Source: Heterodontus francisci (Eukaryota). From it: DNA of 64,000 bases. The notes below the pieces were generated by a model that worked only from the letters and a program-made list of their open reading frames with translations, had not been told where the DNA came from and made no database searches. Of this stretch, positions 63,821-64,000 are shown piece after piece (the first letter of the stretch is position 1; every line of letters starts with the position of its first letter). A program made the translations under genes and the position numbers. The stretch spans positions 30,334,432-30,398,431 of the forward strand of contig NC_090411.1 of NCBI RefSeq assembly GCF_036365525.1. The letters run 5' to 3'.

Positions 63821-64000
63821 AGTTAACCCAGTTATTACTATCTCTAAAGGTGCATCTTCTGCTTATTACACTAGGTGGCACTGTAAGCATATAAGCTAGA
63901 GTTTAGCAGAAAAGGCAATGCTTTTTGTACCTTACCATATGGTATACACACCCACTGAAGAGGTTCAATTCATTCCTGCCGGGTACTGTACAGCTCAAGT

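Overview
Eukaryotic, repeat-rich genomic DNA, most likely from a cartilaginous fish (shark). This is inferred from HE1/V-SINE, SacSINE1/Deu-type SINE and HER1/CR1-type repeats. Three spliced genes can be rebuilt by hand from GT-AG exons. (1) The 5' six exons of ALDH16A1 (- strand, 31546->5696), continuing beyond the left edge. (2) A complete 297-aa PIH1D1 (+ strand, 34050-43547), head-to-head with ALDH16A1 across a CpG/ETS-rich promoter, as in human. (3) A five-exon conventional prolactin (PRL1-type; - strand, 56794->49489) with a TATA box and a Pit-1-like site. The prolactin has an in-frame TAA three codons before the conserved terminal Cys (CRFSQ*SKC*) and an orphan copy of exon 4 in intron 2. 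The rest is mostly retroelements: an intact RTE LINE ORF, many CR1 fragments, a decayed Penelope (RT + GIY-YIG) element whose pseudo-LTRs carry minimal hammerhead ribozyme motifs, three SINE families, a triplicated ~1.5-kb intronic block and a minisatellite. No prokaryotic systems (CRISPR etc.) were seen. All calls are by eye and repeat boundaries are approximate. I cannot show that a wholly new system is present; the best leads are the prolactin anomalies, the enzyme-like ALDH16A1 and the hammerhead-bearing Penelope insertions.
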